DNA of 64,000 nucleotides from an uncultured Mucispirillum sp. (GTDB lineage Bacteria; Chrysiogenota; Deferribacteres; Deferribacterales; Mucispirillaceae): NCBI GenBank assembly GCA_944323205.1, contig CALURO010000008.1, positions 42,660 to 106,659 of the forward strand, read 5' to 3'. Shown piece by piece: positions 27,514 to 38,537 of this stretch (position 1 is its first letter; each line of letters starts with the position of its first letter). The notes under the pieces were generated by a model. It saw only the letters and a program-made list of their open reading frames with translations, ran no database searches and was not told where the DNA came from. The position numbers and the translations under genes were made by a program.

Positions 27514-29171
27514 TTAATTTCTTGGTTTTTTTATATAATTTTTAAATTCATCAGGTGCTTCTATTAAACTTTCAGAACATATGCTTAAATTTTTATCTAT
27601 AACACTTGATTTTATACCTGCACATGATGAAATAGAATGAAATATTATATCATGTGTTGTAATTTTATCTTTATTATGAAGTATAGTATCAATATTTATA
27701 TGTTTTTTTGCCTTATCTGAAACCCATACGGCAAAAGGAACAACACCTGTTTCTTTAAAATTTAATCTTCCTTGTGCATGCATACGAAGTCCGCCTTCTC
27801 CAAGGAACTGTCCATGGTCAGATGAAAAATAAATTACTGCATTTTTATCCTTTACTCTTTCAACAATATTTTTTACAAGTGTATCTGTAGTAAGTATTGT
27901 ATTATCGTATGAATTAACTAAGTTTTCAACAGGACAGTCAAGTGCAAAATTTTCACATAATGGTTTCCATTCTGCGTCTTCTAATTTAAACCTTGTATTA
28001 TAATCCCAATGACTTCCATTTAGCTGAATAGCTATTAATTTATTTGGATTGCTGTTATTTAAAATATTATCAAAATATGGCAATAGTTCAGTATCATACT
28101 GCACATCAAAATTGATATTAAAAAAACTATAATCAGCATCATCTGCAATAATAGTCTGCCCTGTATCTGATGTAGAAATAGAACTTTGTGCAGAAATAAA
28201 TGCTGTATAAAATCCAGCCTTTTTAAAGATTGTAAATATTGATGGTTTTTCTAAATATGTAAGGAAATTTTCTCCCCTTTTCATACTTGTTAAAAGACAT
28301 GGAACAGAGCGGGTTGTAGATGTTTCACATGCATACATATCATTAAAAGGAATAAAACCAGCCTGTTTCATATATGGTGTTGTTTCTCTTTCATATCCAT
28401 ATAAAGACATATGGTCAGGTCTAAGTGCATCTGTTAGCACAAAAATAATTATTTGGTCTTCTTTCTCATTATAAACTACATCATTTATCTCAAGACTATT
28501 TCTTTTGTATATCATATATTTCATTTCAATTTTATTTTTGAAAAGATGATAAAAATTTTCATAGATTTTTTCAGGCATGATATCAAAACCTCTGCCTGTG
28601 TTTACAATATCTTTTTCAGATGAGCCGTATTTGACTTTTTTCATATAATTTTCAGGTAGTTTTCCTAAAAACAGGAAGATTAATGCTGTAAGTAAAAGTA
28701 GAAATCCCCCCCCCAATTAACTTTATGTTTATCAGTTATTAATATAAATCTTAATGATACAATTATAACGGCAATTAATAATCCAACTATGAAATAATTT
28801 ATTAATGTATCATTCATTACTCCTTTGGCTTCTACTAGATTTGTAGAAAATATTACTTCAAATGTACCAATATTTAGCCCCATATTCAAATATTCATTTA
28901 CATATTTAAGACCAAAGCCAGCAACAAAAGTAAAAATAGTAAATACAGCAAAAACCCATCTGTTTAAAAATACAATAAACCAAATAATAAAATCACGAGT
29001 AATTGACATAAATAAAGCAAGTATAAAATATTTTTCTGGATAATTCATTTTAATTAGAGGAATATTTACAGATAAACTATATACTACTGTAACTGCTAAT
29101 ACAAATAAAAAATTTATAATAAAATTTTGTTTATTAATGCTTATTATTTTATCTTTTAGTTTAGTGAACAT
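27514..29171 (-). pseudogene. EptA-family phosphoethanolamine transferase frameshifted at a G9 tract (probable phase-OFF allele)
   Basis: TM half at 28680..29171 and sulfatase half at 27514..28716 (CETSTTRSVP, GSHW, SSDHG); C9 at 28706-28714 on the plus strand. Confidence 0.85.
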
Positions 29172-29190
29172 TTATTCTTGTTTCCTTTTT

Positions 29191-29781
29191 TTACTGATTA
29201 AATACATTTACATCATTTGGCAGTTTCTTTTTAAAAGATGAGTCGCTTATTTTTTTATCTATTACTACATTATTTAAAGTAATAGTAGTTAAGTTTCCTG
29301 CATTATCTTTACTTGTTATCTCATATATTACATTATTTTTAAAAACAATATTAATATAAGCAAGTCCCACATCGCTTTTTGGTTTTAAATATAAAGTATT
29401 ATCTTTCTGTTCTGAAGTAAAACTTTTGCTAAGCTGTGAAAAATCCATTAATACCTGCAAAAGTGCATATTCTTTATAGTCTTTTGCTTTCATTTTAACA
29501 AGCTGGTTGTTTATTTCATCATAATGGTCAATATTTTCATTTGTTATAAGATACCATGATGAATAAGGCTCAATATAATCCCATAATGCTTTATCTTTCA
29601 TATTTATATATACTTTACCTGTATAAATATCTTCGCCGTAGTCTTTTAAATTGTTTACCTGCTTAAATTCTGCTGATAAACTTTTAACAGCAGATAACTG
29701 TTTCATATAGTCAGTCTTATTATCTTCTGCAAAGGCAGTAAGACAGACTAATGTAAAAAGTAAAGTTAATATTTTTTTCAT
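29191..29781 (-). CDS. lolA: Outer-membrane lipoprotein carrier LolA family
   Basis: Signal peptide; SLSAEFKQ; GKVYI; LWDYIEP; T.ITLNNV. Confidence 0.75.
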   Translation of the reverse strand: MKKILTLLFTLVCLTAFAEDNKTDYMKQLSAVKSLSAEFKQVNNLKDYGEDIYTGKVYINMKDKALWDYIEPYSSWYLITNENIDHYDEINNQLVKMKAKDYKEYALLQVLMDFSQLSKSFTSEQKDNTLYLKPKSDVGLAYINIVFKNNVIYEITSKDNAGNLTTITLNNVVIDKKISDSSFKKKLPNDVNVFNQ

Positions 29782-29820
29782 ATATCACCTGCTTACATCA
29801 ATTAAACTTAAAAATATAAA

Positions 29821-32415
29821 TCAGCTTTGAGCACCATGACAGTTTTTATATTTTTTGCCACTGCCGCAAGGGCATGGGTCATTTCTTCCTATTTTAGGCG
29901 TATTTCTTCTAACAGTAGCTGCTTTTTTCTGAGCTTCTTTTTCAAGAGAGCGTTTTTCTTTTAGCTGCTTATCCTTTTCTGCCTGTAACTGTTTAAGTCT
30001 GCGTGCGTTTTCTGCAGCTGCCTCTTCTGGTGACTGCATTTGTATCTGCACTTTCATAATAAGCTCAATAGTTTCTCTGTTTATTTTATCCATCATATCA
30101 ATAAAAAGTGCATAGGCTTCTCTTTTATATTCTATTAATGGGTCTTTTTGCCCGTAACCTCTTAAACCTACACTGTCACGGAGATGGTCCATTTGCAGCA
30201 GGTGCTGTTTCCACCTGTTGTCAAGGGTATTAATAAGAATATATTTTGAAAAATCTTCAAAATGTCCTTTAAATTCCTGCTTTCTTTCCTGAAATTTTGT
30301 TTCAAACTGGCTCATTAATTCATTTTTAGCAATATCTAAATGTTTTGAATCAGCCTGAGATAAATCAGCCTGTAATCCGAATATTTTTTCAAATATTTGT
30401 TCTGCCTTTTCATAGTCTGGATTTTGCGGAGTGATAAAATCTTCAAGCAGTGCACTAACAACATCACCTGCATACTCTTTTATAATTTTATCAATATCTG
30501 TTCCTTGTAATATCTGACTTCTAAGGCTGTATATAACTTTTCTTTGAGCATTTGCTACATTATCATATTCAAGTAAATGTTTACGCATTTCAAAGTGGAA
30601 TGCTTCTACTTTTTTCTGGGCACTTTCTATTGTTTTAGTAATAAGAGATGATTCTATTTCTTCCCCGTGTTTTAAGCCAAGAGTGCTCATTATTTTAGAA
30701 AGTTTTTCTGCACCAAATTTTCTTAATAAATCATCTTCTGTGCTAAGATAAAATCTACTTTCACCGTTATCACCCTGCCTGCCAGATCTTCCTCGCAGCT
30801 GGTTATCAATACGGCGAGATTCATGCCTTTCTGTGCCTAAGATAAATAAGCCGCCTAATTCCTGTACACCTTCTCCCAGCTTAATATCTGTTCCACGACC
30901 TGCCATATTTGTAGCAATAGTAACTGCACCAACTTCACCAGCATGTGCTACAATTTCTGCCTCTCTTTCGTGGTTTTTAGCATTTAAAACTTCATGTTTA
31001 ATTTTTGCTTTTTGCAGCATATGGGAAAGCAGCTCACTTTTTTCAATAGATATAGTGCCTACAAGTACAGGCTGACCTTTTTTATGCAGTTCTTCTATAA
31101 CTTTAACAATAGCTTCATATTTTTCCTGAGCAGTTCTATAAATCACATCAGGTCTGTCTATTCTGTTTACTTTCCTATGTGTTGGAACAGGCACAACTTC
31201 TAAACCGTATATGCTTTTAAACTCGTTAGCTTCTGTTAATGCAGTTCCTGTCATACCAGAAAGTTTTTCATACATTCTAAAATAATTTTGGAAAGTGATA
31301 GATGCATAAGTCTGGTTTTCGTTTTGCACCTGCACTCCTTCTTTTGCTTCTAAAGCCTGATGCATACCGTCAGAGTATCTTCTGCCCGGCATAAGCCTGC
31401 CTGTAAATTCATCTACAATAATAACTTCCCCGTTCTGAACAACATAATCCACATCAAGTTTATATACTGCATGTGCTTTTAATGCATTATTTACAAAATG
31501 GAGAGTGTCTACATTCTGAATATCATAAAGGTTGCCTACTTGTAAGCCAGCTTCCACAAAGTTAATACCTTCATCTGTTAAATCAGCAGATTTTCTTTTT
31601 TCATCAACAGTATAATGGATTTCAGGTTTTAAAAGCCTTACAACATTATTTACTGTATAATAGTTATCAGTAGTATTATTTGTAGGGCCTGAAATAATAA
31701 GTGGAGTCCTTGCTTCATCTATTAAGATGGAGTCTACTTCGTCTACAATAGCGTAATGGAGTTCTCTTTGCACATATTCAGATAAATCATATTTCATATT
31801 ATCTCTTAAATAGTCAAAGCCAAACTCGTTATTTGTGCCGTAAGTAATATCGCAGGCATAAGCCTGTTTTCTTGAGATATCTATAAGTTTAACAGTAAAA
31901 TTTTCTTTATCGTCCCATACCACCTGTTTAGAAGTATCGCTTTGAATAATACCAACAGAAAGCCCAAGAGCTAAATATATTGGAGCCATCCATGAAGCGT
32001 CACGGCGTGCAAGGTAATCGTTAACAGTAACAAGGTGAGCCCCTTTTCCCTCAATAGCATTTAAATACATAGGAAGAGTAGCCACTAATGTTTTACCTTC
32101 ACCAGTTTTCATTTCAGATATTTTGCCAGAATGGAGAACATATCCACCCATAAGCTGCACATCAAAATGACGCATTTTTAATATTCTGTTACTTACTTCT
32201 CTAACTGTTGCAAAGGCTTCTGGTAAAATATCATTTAAACTTTCCCCTTCAGATAACCTTTTTCTAAAAATAACAGTCTGATTAAAAAGTGTATCGTTAT
32301 CAAGGTTTTTAAGTTTTTCTTCATAACTATTAATACTGTTAATTAATGGTTGTAATTTTTTAAATATTTTATCTGGGCTTGGTGTAAATAGTTTTTCTAT
32401 TAAATCTTTAAACAT
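29821..32415 (-). CDS. secA: Preprotein translocase ATPase
   Basis: [64 protein letters not shown]. Confidence 0.99.
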   Translation of the reverse strand: MFKDLIEKLFTPSPDKIFKKLQPLINSINSYEEKLKNLDNDTLFNQTVIFRKRLSEGESLNDILPEAFATVREVSNRILKMRHFDVQLMGGYVLHSGKISEMKTGEGKTLVATLPMYLNAIEGKGAHLVTVNDYLARRDASWMAPIYLALGLSVGIIQSDTSKQVVWDDKENFTVKLIDISRKQAYACDITYGTNNEFGFDYLRDNMKYDLSEYVQRELHYAIVDEVDSILIDEARTPLIISGPTNNTTDNYYTVNNVVRLLKPEIHYTVDEKRKSADLTDEGINFVEAGLQVGNLYDIQNVDTLHFVNNALKAHAVYKLDVDYVVQNGEVIIVDEFTGRLMPGRRYSDGMHQALEAKEGVQVQNENQTYASITFQNYFRMYEKLSGMTGTALTEANEFKSIYGLEVVPVPTHRKVNRIDRPDVIYRTAQEKYEAIVKVIEELHKKGQPVLVGTISIEKSELLSHMLQKAKIKHEVLNAKNHEREAEIVAHAGEVGAVTIATNMAGRGTDIKLGEGVQELGGLFILGTERHESRRIDNQLRGRSGRQGDNGESRFYLSTEDDLLRKFGAEKLSKIMSTLGLKHGEEIESSLITKTIESAQKKVEAFHFEMRKHLLEYDNVANAQRKVIYSLRSQILQGTDIDKIIKEYAGDVVSALLEDFITPQNPDYEKAEQIFEKIFGLQADLSQADSKHLDIAKNELMSQFETKFQERKQEFKGHFEDFSKYILINTLDNRWKQHLLQMDHLRDSVGLRGYGQKDPLIEYKREAYALFIDMMDKINRETIELIMKVQIQMQSPEEAAAENARRLKQLQAEKDKQLKEKRSLEKEAQKKAATVRRNTPKIGRNDPCPCGSGKKYKNCHGAQS

Positions 32416-32539
32416 TGCTGCTCCCGTTATTTTATATAATTAAAAATATTATACTATATTTTTTATTCTATAAAATCAAGTTTTTATATGTTATTTACAC
32501 ATTTTTTTTAAAAGGATAAAAAAGGTTGAAATTATCTAA

Positions 32540-32800
32540 ATAAAAGACTACTATTATATTAATGATTTTGAAAACAGAAAGTATAATTTTAAAGGATATG
32601 ATGAACATAAGGTTCAGCATGATTATATATTAGAAGAAATAAAAGTTATATATAATAAGTTTGAAAAGGGCGAAGAAATGTCTATTGTTAATATATTAGA
32701 ATTTCTTAAAAAATGGCTTATTGACCATATATTACACCAAGATTTATTATTAGGCAGATATTTAAATCAAATAAAAGCGGTTCCTGTTGCAGATAAATAA
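32540..32800 (+). pseudogene. 5'-truncated hemerythrin remnant (not in the ORF track)
   Basis: Start-less frame reading DFENRKYNFKGYDEHKVQH...LEFLKKWLIDHILHQDLLLGRYL. Confidence 0.75.
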
Positions 32801-32913
32801 TGAACTAATTTAAATGTGGATTGTTTAAGAAAGATAATCAAAAAAAACTTGATTATAACAAAAAATAAGAGTAGTTTGTTAATCTGATTTTAAATTGTAT
32901 AAGTGAGATAAAG

Positions 32914-33318
32914 ATGTCAGAATTAACCAGATTTGGGGTATCGCTTGATAAAGATTTGCTTGAGCTGTTTGATAAGCAGATAAAAACACAGTCTTATGAA
33001 ACTCGCTCAAAAGCTATATCAGATTTAATTAAAGAGTATGTTGAAGCAGATATTATTAATACTGATGGCGTGCTTGCAGGTGCTGTAACTTTTTTATACA
33101 GCCACCATAATAAAGATTTAGTATCTAAACTTTTAGAAGTGCAGCATGAAAGTCATGATTTAATAATATCTATGCAGCATATCCATTTAGACCATGATAC
33201 ATGTCTTGAAATACTAGCCATTCGTGGAGAAAGCAGCCTTATAAAATCACTTTATTATAAAATAAAAGCATTAAAAGGTATAAAACTGGCATCAATAAGT
33301 GTCACTGCAATATCATAA
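32914..33318 (+). CDS. nikR: Nickel-responsive regulator
   Basis: RFGVSL ribbon-helix-helix, [19 protein letters not shown]. Confidence 0.93.
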   Translation: MSELTRFGVSLDKDLLELFDKQIKTQSYETRSKAISDLIKEYVEADIINTDGVLAGAVTFLYSHHNKDLVSKLLEVQHESHDLIISMQHIHLDHDTCLEILAIRGESSLIKSLYYKIKALKGIKLASISVTAIS

Positions 33319-33350
33319 TTTTTTTATTGTGTGTTATAAGGAGTCATAAG

Positions 33351-34892
33351 ATGAAAATGCTTAGTATTATTTATACAGTTGTTGCATTGATAATAACTAT
33401 AATATTAACATTAGTTACAGATATTCATACAGGACTAGGAGCTGTTGTGATATTTATTTTATCTGTTGTTATAAATGTAGCAAAAGATGCGATTTTCTAT
33501 AAACAAATGAAAATATTAAACGACTATATTGATATAGCACTGGTAACATGTCCAACTCAGCCGCCACAGATAACAGGCCGTTTTTTGAATATTGGTAAAC
33601 ATATCCATGAATTAAGTGATAAACTCTGTGCATTAGGAGCAAATTTTAGAAATGCACAAGTGCGGGTTGCTTCAGCTGCAGGGGACTTAACATCAGTGCA
33701 GACAAACCTTTATGATAATGTGATGACTGTTAACCAGAGTTTAGGAACAGTAAGTGAAGAAGTTCGGGATTTACAAAATACTGCAGAGCATGTTAAAGCC
33801 ATATGTGATGATTCTCAAAAAGCTGCCGAACTCTGCCTTGCAAAAACAAGTCAGGCAGGAACAGCTATGGAAACAAACATATTAAAAATGCAGCAGATAC
33901 AAGAAACAGTAGACTCTATTGTTGCTACAATGGGAGATTTTGTAATATATTCTAACAATATTAAGCAAAGTATTGGAAATATTACAGACATAGCAGACCA
34001 GACAAATCTTTTAGCATTGAATGCAGCAATAGAAGCAGCAAGAGCAGGGGAATCAGGCAGGGGATTTGCAGTAGTTGCAGATGAAGTTAGAAAGCTGGCA
34101 GAAAAAACTACATCTTTTACTGCAGAAATAGAAAAAGTTGTTGATAAACTTCATTCAAGAACATCAGATATATCATCACAAGTTAATATAAATGCTGACC
34201 AGGTAAAAGAAGCCATTGGTATTACAATGGATACTGGTGCAATAGTTATTGATATTCGTGATGAAACTAACGGTATGCTTGATATTACAAAAAATATTGT
34301 AAAAGCTATGAATGACCAGTATGAAGGTATTGGTAATATTACAAAATCTATTGAAAAAGTATATGAAGAAAATGGTGTTGCATTAAACAGAACTCTTGAA
34401 AGCCAAAAACTTGGCAATAACCTTGATAATATTGCATGCGAAATGAAAGAAAGTTCAAAAGGTTATGCAGCAAGTGAAGGGCAGTTTATGTCATTTACTT
34501 CTGCATTATCAGTAGGTTATAATCCGATAGATGAGCAGCATATTAGATGGATAGATTTAATCAATGCAGTATATAATTCACTTTCTTTAGGTTCTTCAAA
34601 AGAACAGCTTGGTATGGTGTTAAAAGATTTAGTTGACTATACTGTATGGCACTTTGGATTTGAAAACAAAATGATGGCAGAATATAACTATCCAGATAAA
34701 GAAAGCCACATGAAACTTCATAAAGATTTCATTGCAGAAATCAAAAAACTTGAAGACAGATATGACTCTGGTGAAGATATTATGGGAGTAAATGTGCTTG
34801 AATTCTTAAAAGACTGGCTCTCAAATCATATTATGAAAATTGATACAAGGCTTGGTGCATACCTTGAATCAAAAGGTGCAAAACCAGTATAA
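33351..34892 (+). CDS. Methyl-accepting chemotaxis protein with C-terminal hemerythrin domain
   Basis: Two TMs; [38 protein letters not shown]; H..HF.FE..H...H..WL..HI..D ligands. Confidence 0.92.
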   Translation: MKMLSIIYTVVALIITIILTLVTDIHTGLGAVVIFILSVVINVAKDAIFYKQMKILNDYIDIALVTCPTQPPQITGRFLNIGKHIHELSDKLCALGANFRNAQVRVASAAGDLTSVQTNLYDNVMTVNQSLGTVSEEVRDLQNTAEHVKAICDDSQKAAELCLAKTSQAGTAMETNILKMQQIQETVDSIVATMGDFVIYSNNIKQSIGNITDIADQTNLLALNAAIEAARAGESGRGFAVVADEVRKLAEKTTSFTAEIEKVVDKLHSRTSDISSQVNINADQVKEAIGITMDTGAIVIDIRDETNGMLDITKNIVKAMNDQYEGIGNITKSIEKVYEENGVALNRTLESQKLGNNLDNIACEMKESSKGYAASEGQFMSFTSALSVGYNPIDEQHIRWIDLINAVYNSLSLGSSKEQLGMVLKDLVDYTVWHFGFENKMMAEYNYPDKESHMKLHKDFIAEIKKLEDRYDSGEDIMGVNVLEFLKDWLSNHIMKIDTRLGAYLESKGAKPV

Positions 34893-34923
34893 AATTAAAT
34901 TTTAAACATAGTGTTCATATAAT

Positions 34924-34952
34924 AAAAAGCAGGTTTTTATACCTGCTTTTTT
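34924..34952 (+). terminator. Intrinsic terminator
   Basis: AAAAAGCAGGT-TTTTAT-ACCTGCTTTTTT. Confidence 0.85.
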
Positions 34953-35463
34953 ATTTCATTTTTATGATGTTTATTATAATAAGCAAATATATTTTATAGT
35001 GAATTATACAGAATAAATTTAATATATATTTTCAAATTTAGATAAGTATCTATAATTAAGATAACGGTATTTAGTTGAAATAATTAAATATAGATGCCAA
35101 ATTATACAAAAGTTATCAATTATCTTTAAATTTCAAAGCACAAATATTATAAACATTAGAATTAATATATTGAAATAAAATTTAAGCGTATGTTTATGAT
35201 TTAATGTCTTTTCTACTTAGTTTTTTACTTACTATATAAATAAAATGATTGCTTAGAAGTAATACTTTATGAATTATCATATAACTTGAGAGATTAAATA
35301 ATACCGTAATTTTTCACTACTATATAAATATAACACCATAAAGTAGATGTAATATATAAAAAATATAATAATCACTATATAATATATTTTAGTATAAACT
35401 AAATAAATTTATTGACATTAAACAAGATATAGGATAATAATAAAATAAAAAAAGGAGAAAAAT

Positions 35464-35985
35464 ATGAATAAAAGTAGAAGATTATTTATTAAAAAATCGT
35501 TAGTATTAGCAGTAAGTATGTGTGTTTTGAGTGGTAATGCAGTATATGCTGAAGAAGTAGTTACAAGAGATAACTATATTTATAAAAATGAAATTCTTGA
35601 TAAAAATTATCAATTAATCTTAAGACATACACTTATTCATGAAAAAGCAAAAAGGGATATTTTAAGAAATGATTATGAAATAATATATAATAATAAAGCA
35701 TATGTTGTAAAAAACGAACATAACTTTTTCCTTTTAGGTAAAAAAGGTAAGATTGTGGCAAAAGGACCAACATTTATACAGATTATCCCTGAAAAAATTA
35801 ATAATTTAAAAGTAAAAGTAGATGATGTGGTTGTAGAATTTAATAATGATACTGTTATTGTAAAAAGAAATAATTTAGAAAAAGTATATAAAAATGAAAG
35901 TTCTGCAAGAATAATATATGATTTTGAAAAAAGAGTAATTAAATATTTTGAAAATGATAAACTGCAGCAGGAAGAATGTTTTTAG
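35464..35985 (+). CDS. Hypothetical protein with twin-arginine-like signal peptide
   Basis: SRRLFIKK, h-region, AVYA cleavage site; beta-rich body; AAGGAG RBS. Confidence 0.7.
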   Translation: MNKSRRLFIKKSLVLAVSMCVLSGNAVYAEEVVTRDNYIYKNEILDKNYQLILRHTLIHEKAKRDILRNDYEIIYNNKAYVVKNEHNFFLLGKKGKIVAKGPTFIQIIPEKINNLKVKVDDVVVEFNNDTVIVKRNNLEKVYKNESSARIIYDFEKRVIKYFENDKLQQEECF

Positions 35986-35996
35986 GTGGTTAAATA

Positions 35997-36278
35997 ATGT
36001 TGAAAAATATTACACAGCCAACAGAACCTACACCACCAACAGAACCAAAACCACCGACAGAACCAAAACCACCGACAGAGCCAAAGCCACCAACAGAGCC
36101 AACACCACCTGTTTATGACTTTATAGTTAGGCAGGATTTATGTATAGGCTGTGGCAGTTGTGCAAGTGTATGTCCAACAGATGCTGTAAAAATAGATTAT
36201 ACAGCGTATATAGATTCTAATAAATGCATTTTCTGTGGAAGCTGCATTTGGGTATGTCTAGTAGAAGCAATAGGATAA
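35997..36278 (+). CDS. 2[4Fe-4S]-type ferredoxin with Pro-rich N-terminal repeats
   Basis: CIGCGSCASVCP and CIFCGSCIWVCL; five PTEP(T/K)P units. Confidence 0.85.
   Translation: MLKNITQPTEPTPPTEPKPPTEPKPPTEPKPPTEPTPPVYDFIVRQDLCIGCGSCASVCPTDAVKIDYTAYIDSNKCIFCGSCIWVCLVEAIG
36018..36107 (+). repeat. Five 18-bp tandem coding repeats
   Basis: CC(A/G)ACAGA(A/G)CC.A.(A/G)CCA units encoding PTEP(T/K)P. Confidence 0.9.
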
Positions 36279-36279
36279 A

Positions 36280-36741
36280 ATGGAGAGTATTATGATGAAA
36301 AAAGTTATTTTATTAATTACAACAATTATTTTACTATTTAGTGTAAGTTATGCTTCAGAAAATAAATGGCAAATATTGCGTGGAGTTGAAACTGGTATTA
36401 TTGTATCTAAAAAAACAGATAATAACAGCATATATTCTAGTGAAGTAATATATGAAAAAGACACGGTAAGTTTATATAATAATGATTTTTCTGTTTTTTC
36501 AAGCAATGATAGAATATTTGAAAAAAATGGAAACAGGCTTACTATATATATACCAAAAAACAAGATAGATAATTTAAGAATTAATGTAGATAATGTATAT
36601 GTGGAATATAAAGATAATAATGTAACATTAAATGTAAATGGAAATTTTTATAATATAAATAACCATGCATATTATTATATAGATAAGGGTGAGCTTGTAA
36701 CAACCATATCTAATAAGGCAGAAAGTGTATTACTTAATTAA
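36280..36741 (+). CDS. Hypothetical exported protein, paralogous to 35464..35985
   Basis: Sec-type signal ending VSYA; IPKNKIDNLRINVDNVYVEY matches IPEKINNLKVKVDDVVVEF. Confidence 0.7.
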   Translation: MESIMMKKVILLITTIILLFSVSYASENKWQILRGVETGIIVSKKTDNNSIYSSEVIYEKDTVSLYNNDFSVFSSNDRIFEKNGNRLTIYIPKNKIDNLRINVDNVYVEYKDNNVTLNVNGNFYNINNHAYYYIDKGELVTTISNKAESVLLN

Positions 36742-36895
36742 TTAGTATCAATAATAACATAAGATTATTATAATCTATGGCTCATATGCAATTAAAAAAC
36801 ATTGTTAACATTTATAAAAATATTTATATTTTTTAAACAAAGCAATATTAGGATACTTTCAATAGAACAATGAAGTGTTGCAAGTAAAATTATAA

Positions 36896-37111
36896 CTGGT
36901 GGTACCCCATTTTTTTATTAAAAAATGCTATAGTTATTTGATAATATATGTAAGAATAGAAATAATCTCAGGTAACTGTCATTCAGAGCCTGCGATAGTA
37001 GGCGAAGAATCTTATAATGTTCTAGTTAGTAAAAATTATATACTCTTCGGCTCCGCTAGCACTTCGCATCAAGGTGACATAAAATGTTGTAAAAAAATGG
37101 GGTACCACCAG
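36896..37111. mobile_element. 216-bp MITE (IS4/IS10-like ends) containing a REP-like hairpin
   Basis: Perfect 22-bp TIR CTGGTGGTACCCCATTTTTTTA; 9-bp direct repeat AAATTATAA at 36887-36895 and 37112-37120. Confidence 0.88.
36976..37078. repeat. REP-like unit, inverted relative to 20366-20460
   Basis: CTGTCATTCAGAGCCTGCGATAGTAGGCGAAGAATCTTATAATGTTCTAG is the reverse complement of the 3' part of unit B. Confidence 0.9.
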
Positions 37112-37148
37112 AAATTATAAATATAATAAGAAAAATATATTTTGCTGT

Positions 37149-37176
37149 AAAAAAGCAGGTGTTACACCTGCTTTTT
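37149..37176. terminator. Bidirectional intrinsic terminator after hslU
   Basis: AAAAAAGCAGGTG-TTA-CACCTGCTTTTT. Confidence 0.85.
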
Positions 37177-37180
37177 ATGA

Positions 37181-38521
37181 TTATAAAATATATCTGCTTA
37201 AATCTAAGTTTGTGCTTATTTCTTTTAGTTTAGACTGTACATACTCTGCATTAATAACTATTTCACCGCTTGCATTTTCTGGAGCATCAAATGCTATATC
37301 TTCTAATAATTTTTCCATAATAGTATGGAGTCTTCTGGCACCTATATTTTCATTAGAAGCATTTACTGTGCAGGCAATATCGGCAATAGCATCTATACCG
37401 TCATCTGTGTAAGTAATAGTAACATTATCTGCTTTTAAAAGTGCAGCATACTGTTTTGTAATGGCATTTTCAGGCTCTTTTAAAATACGCAGGAAATCTT
37501 CCTTAGTAAGTGCATCAAGCTCTACTCTTATAGGAAAACGCCCCTGAAGTTCAGGTATTAAATCTGACGGTTTAGCCATAGAGAATGCACCTGCAGCAAT
37601 AAATAATATGTGGTCAGTTTTTACTATGCCGTATTTTGTATTAACTGTTGAGCCTTCTACAATAGGCAGTAAATCTCTCTGTACACCTTCTCTTGAAACA
37701 TCGCCACCTCTAGAGCTTCCTGTACTTGATGAGCATATTTTATCTATTTCATCAAGAAATACTATGCCAGACTGTTCCACTCTTTTTAAAGCAGTGCTTT
37801 TTACATCATCCATATCAATAAGTCTGTTTAATTCCTGCACTTCTAATATGCCCCTTGCTTCGCTTATTTTCATTTTGCGTTTTTTCTTTTTATTTGGAAA
37901 CATATTTTTCATCATATCATTTAAATCAACGCCCATATCTTGGAACCCTGCATTAGTAAGCACTTCAATATGGGGAGCAGGCTCATCAACATCTATTTCT
38001 ATAAACCTGTCATCAAGCTCGCCAGCAGCTAATTTTTCTTTCATTTTGTCTCTTGATTCTTTGCCAGTGCTTTCATGACCGTCCATGGAATATGTCATAG
38101 GTTTAGGCGGCAGTAAAATATCTAAAATTTTTTCTTCTACTAATGATTTAGCTTTTTCAATATGAAGTTCTTTCTGCTCAGAACGCACCATATTTACCCC
38201 TATTTCTACTAAATCTCTTATCATAGATTCTACATCTCTGCCTACATACCCTACTTCAGTATATTTGCTGGCTTCTACTTTTAAAAATGGTGATTTAGTA
38301 AGGCGGGCAAGTCTTCTTGCTATTTCTGTTTTACCAACCCCTGTTGAGCCTATCATAATAATATTTTTAGGTGTAATATCTTCCTGTATTTTTGCAGGCA
38401 GCTGCAGTCTTCTCCATCTGTTTCTTAAAGCAACTGCTACTGCCTTTTTAGCGTTTTTCTGTCCAACTATATATTTATCAAGCTCATCTACAATGGTCTT
38501 TGGTGTAAGCTCTTCTGCCAT
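37181..38521 (-). CDS. hslU: ATP-dependent protease ATPase subunit
   Basis: [19 protein letters not shown]-like [36 protein letters not shown]. Confidence 0.98.
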   Translation of the reverse strand: MAEELTPKTIVDELDKYIVGQKNAKKAVAVALRNRWRRLQLPAKIQEDITPKNIIMIGSTGVGKTEIARRLARLTKSPFLKVEASKYTEVGYVGRDVESMIRDLVEIGVNMVRSEQKELHIEKAKSLVEEKILDILLPPKPMTYSMDGHESTGKESRDKMKEKLAAGELDDRFIEIDVDEPAPHIEVLTNAGFQDMGVDLNDMMKNMFPNKKKKRKMKISEARGILEVQELNRLIDMDDVKSTALKRVEQSGIVFLDEIDKICSSSTGSSRGGDVSREGVQRDLLPIVEGSTVNTKYGIVKTDHILFIAAGAFSMAKPSDLIPELQGRFPIRVELDALTKEDFLRILKEPENAITKQYAALLKADNVTITYTDDGIDAIADIACTVNASNENIGARRLHTIMEKLLEDIAFDAPENASGEIVINAEYVQSKLKEISTNLDLSRYIL

Positions 38522-38537
38522 TTACTTCTCCTTAAAA

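Noticed and set aside
35229-35385. TACTATATAAATA direct repeats upstream of the Tat operon as operators
   Set aside because: The region is extremely AT-rich, so such matches are expected by chance; not supportable without statistics
36899-37120. 73-aa ORF
   Set aside because: It coincides with the MITE and its hairpin; no RBS and no protein-like features
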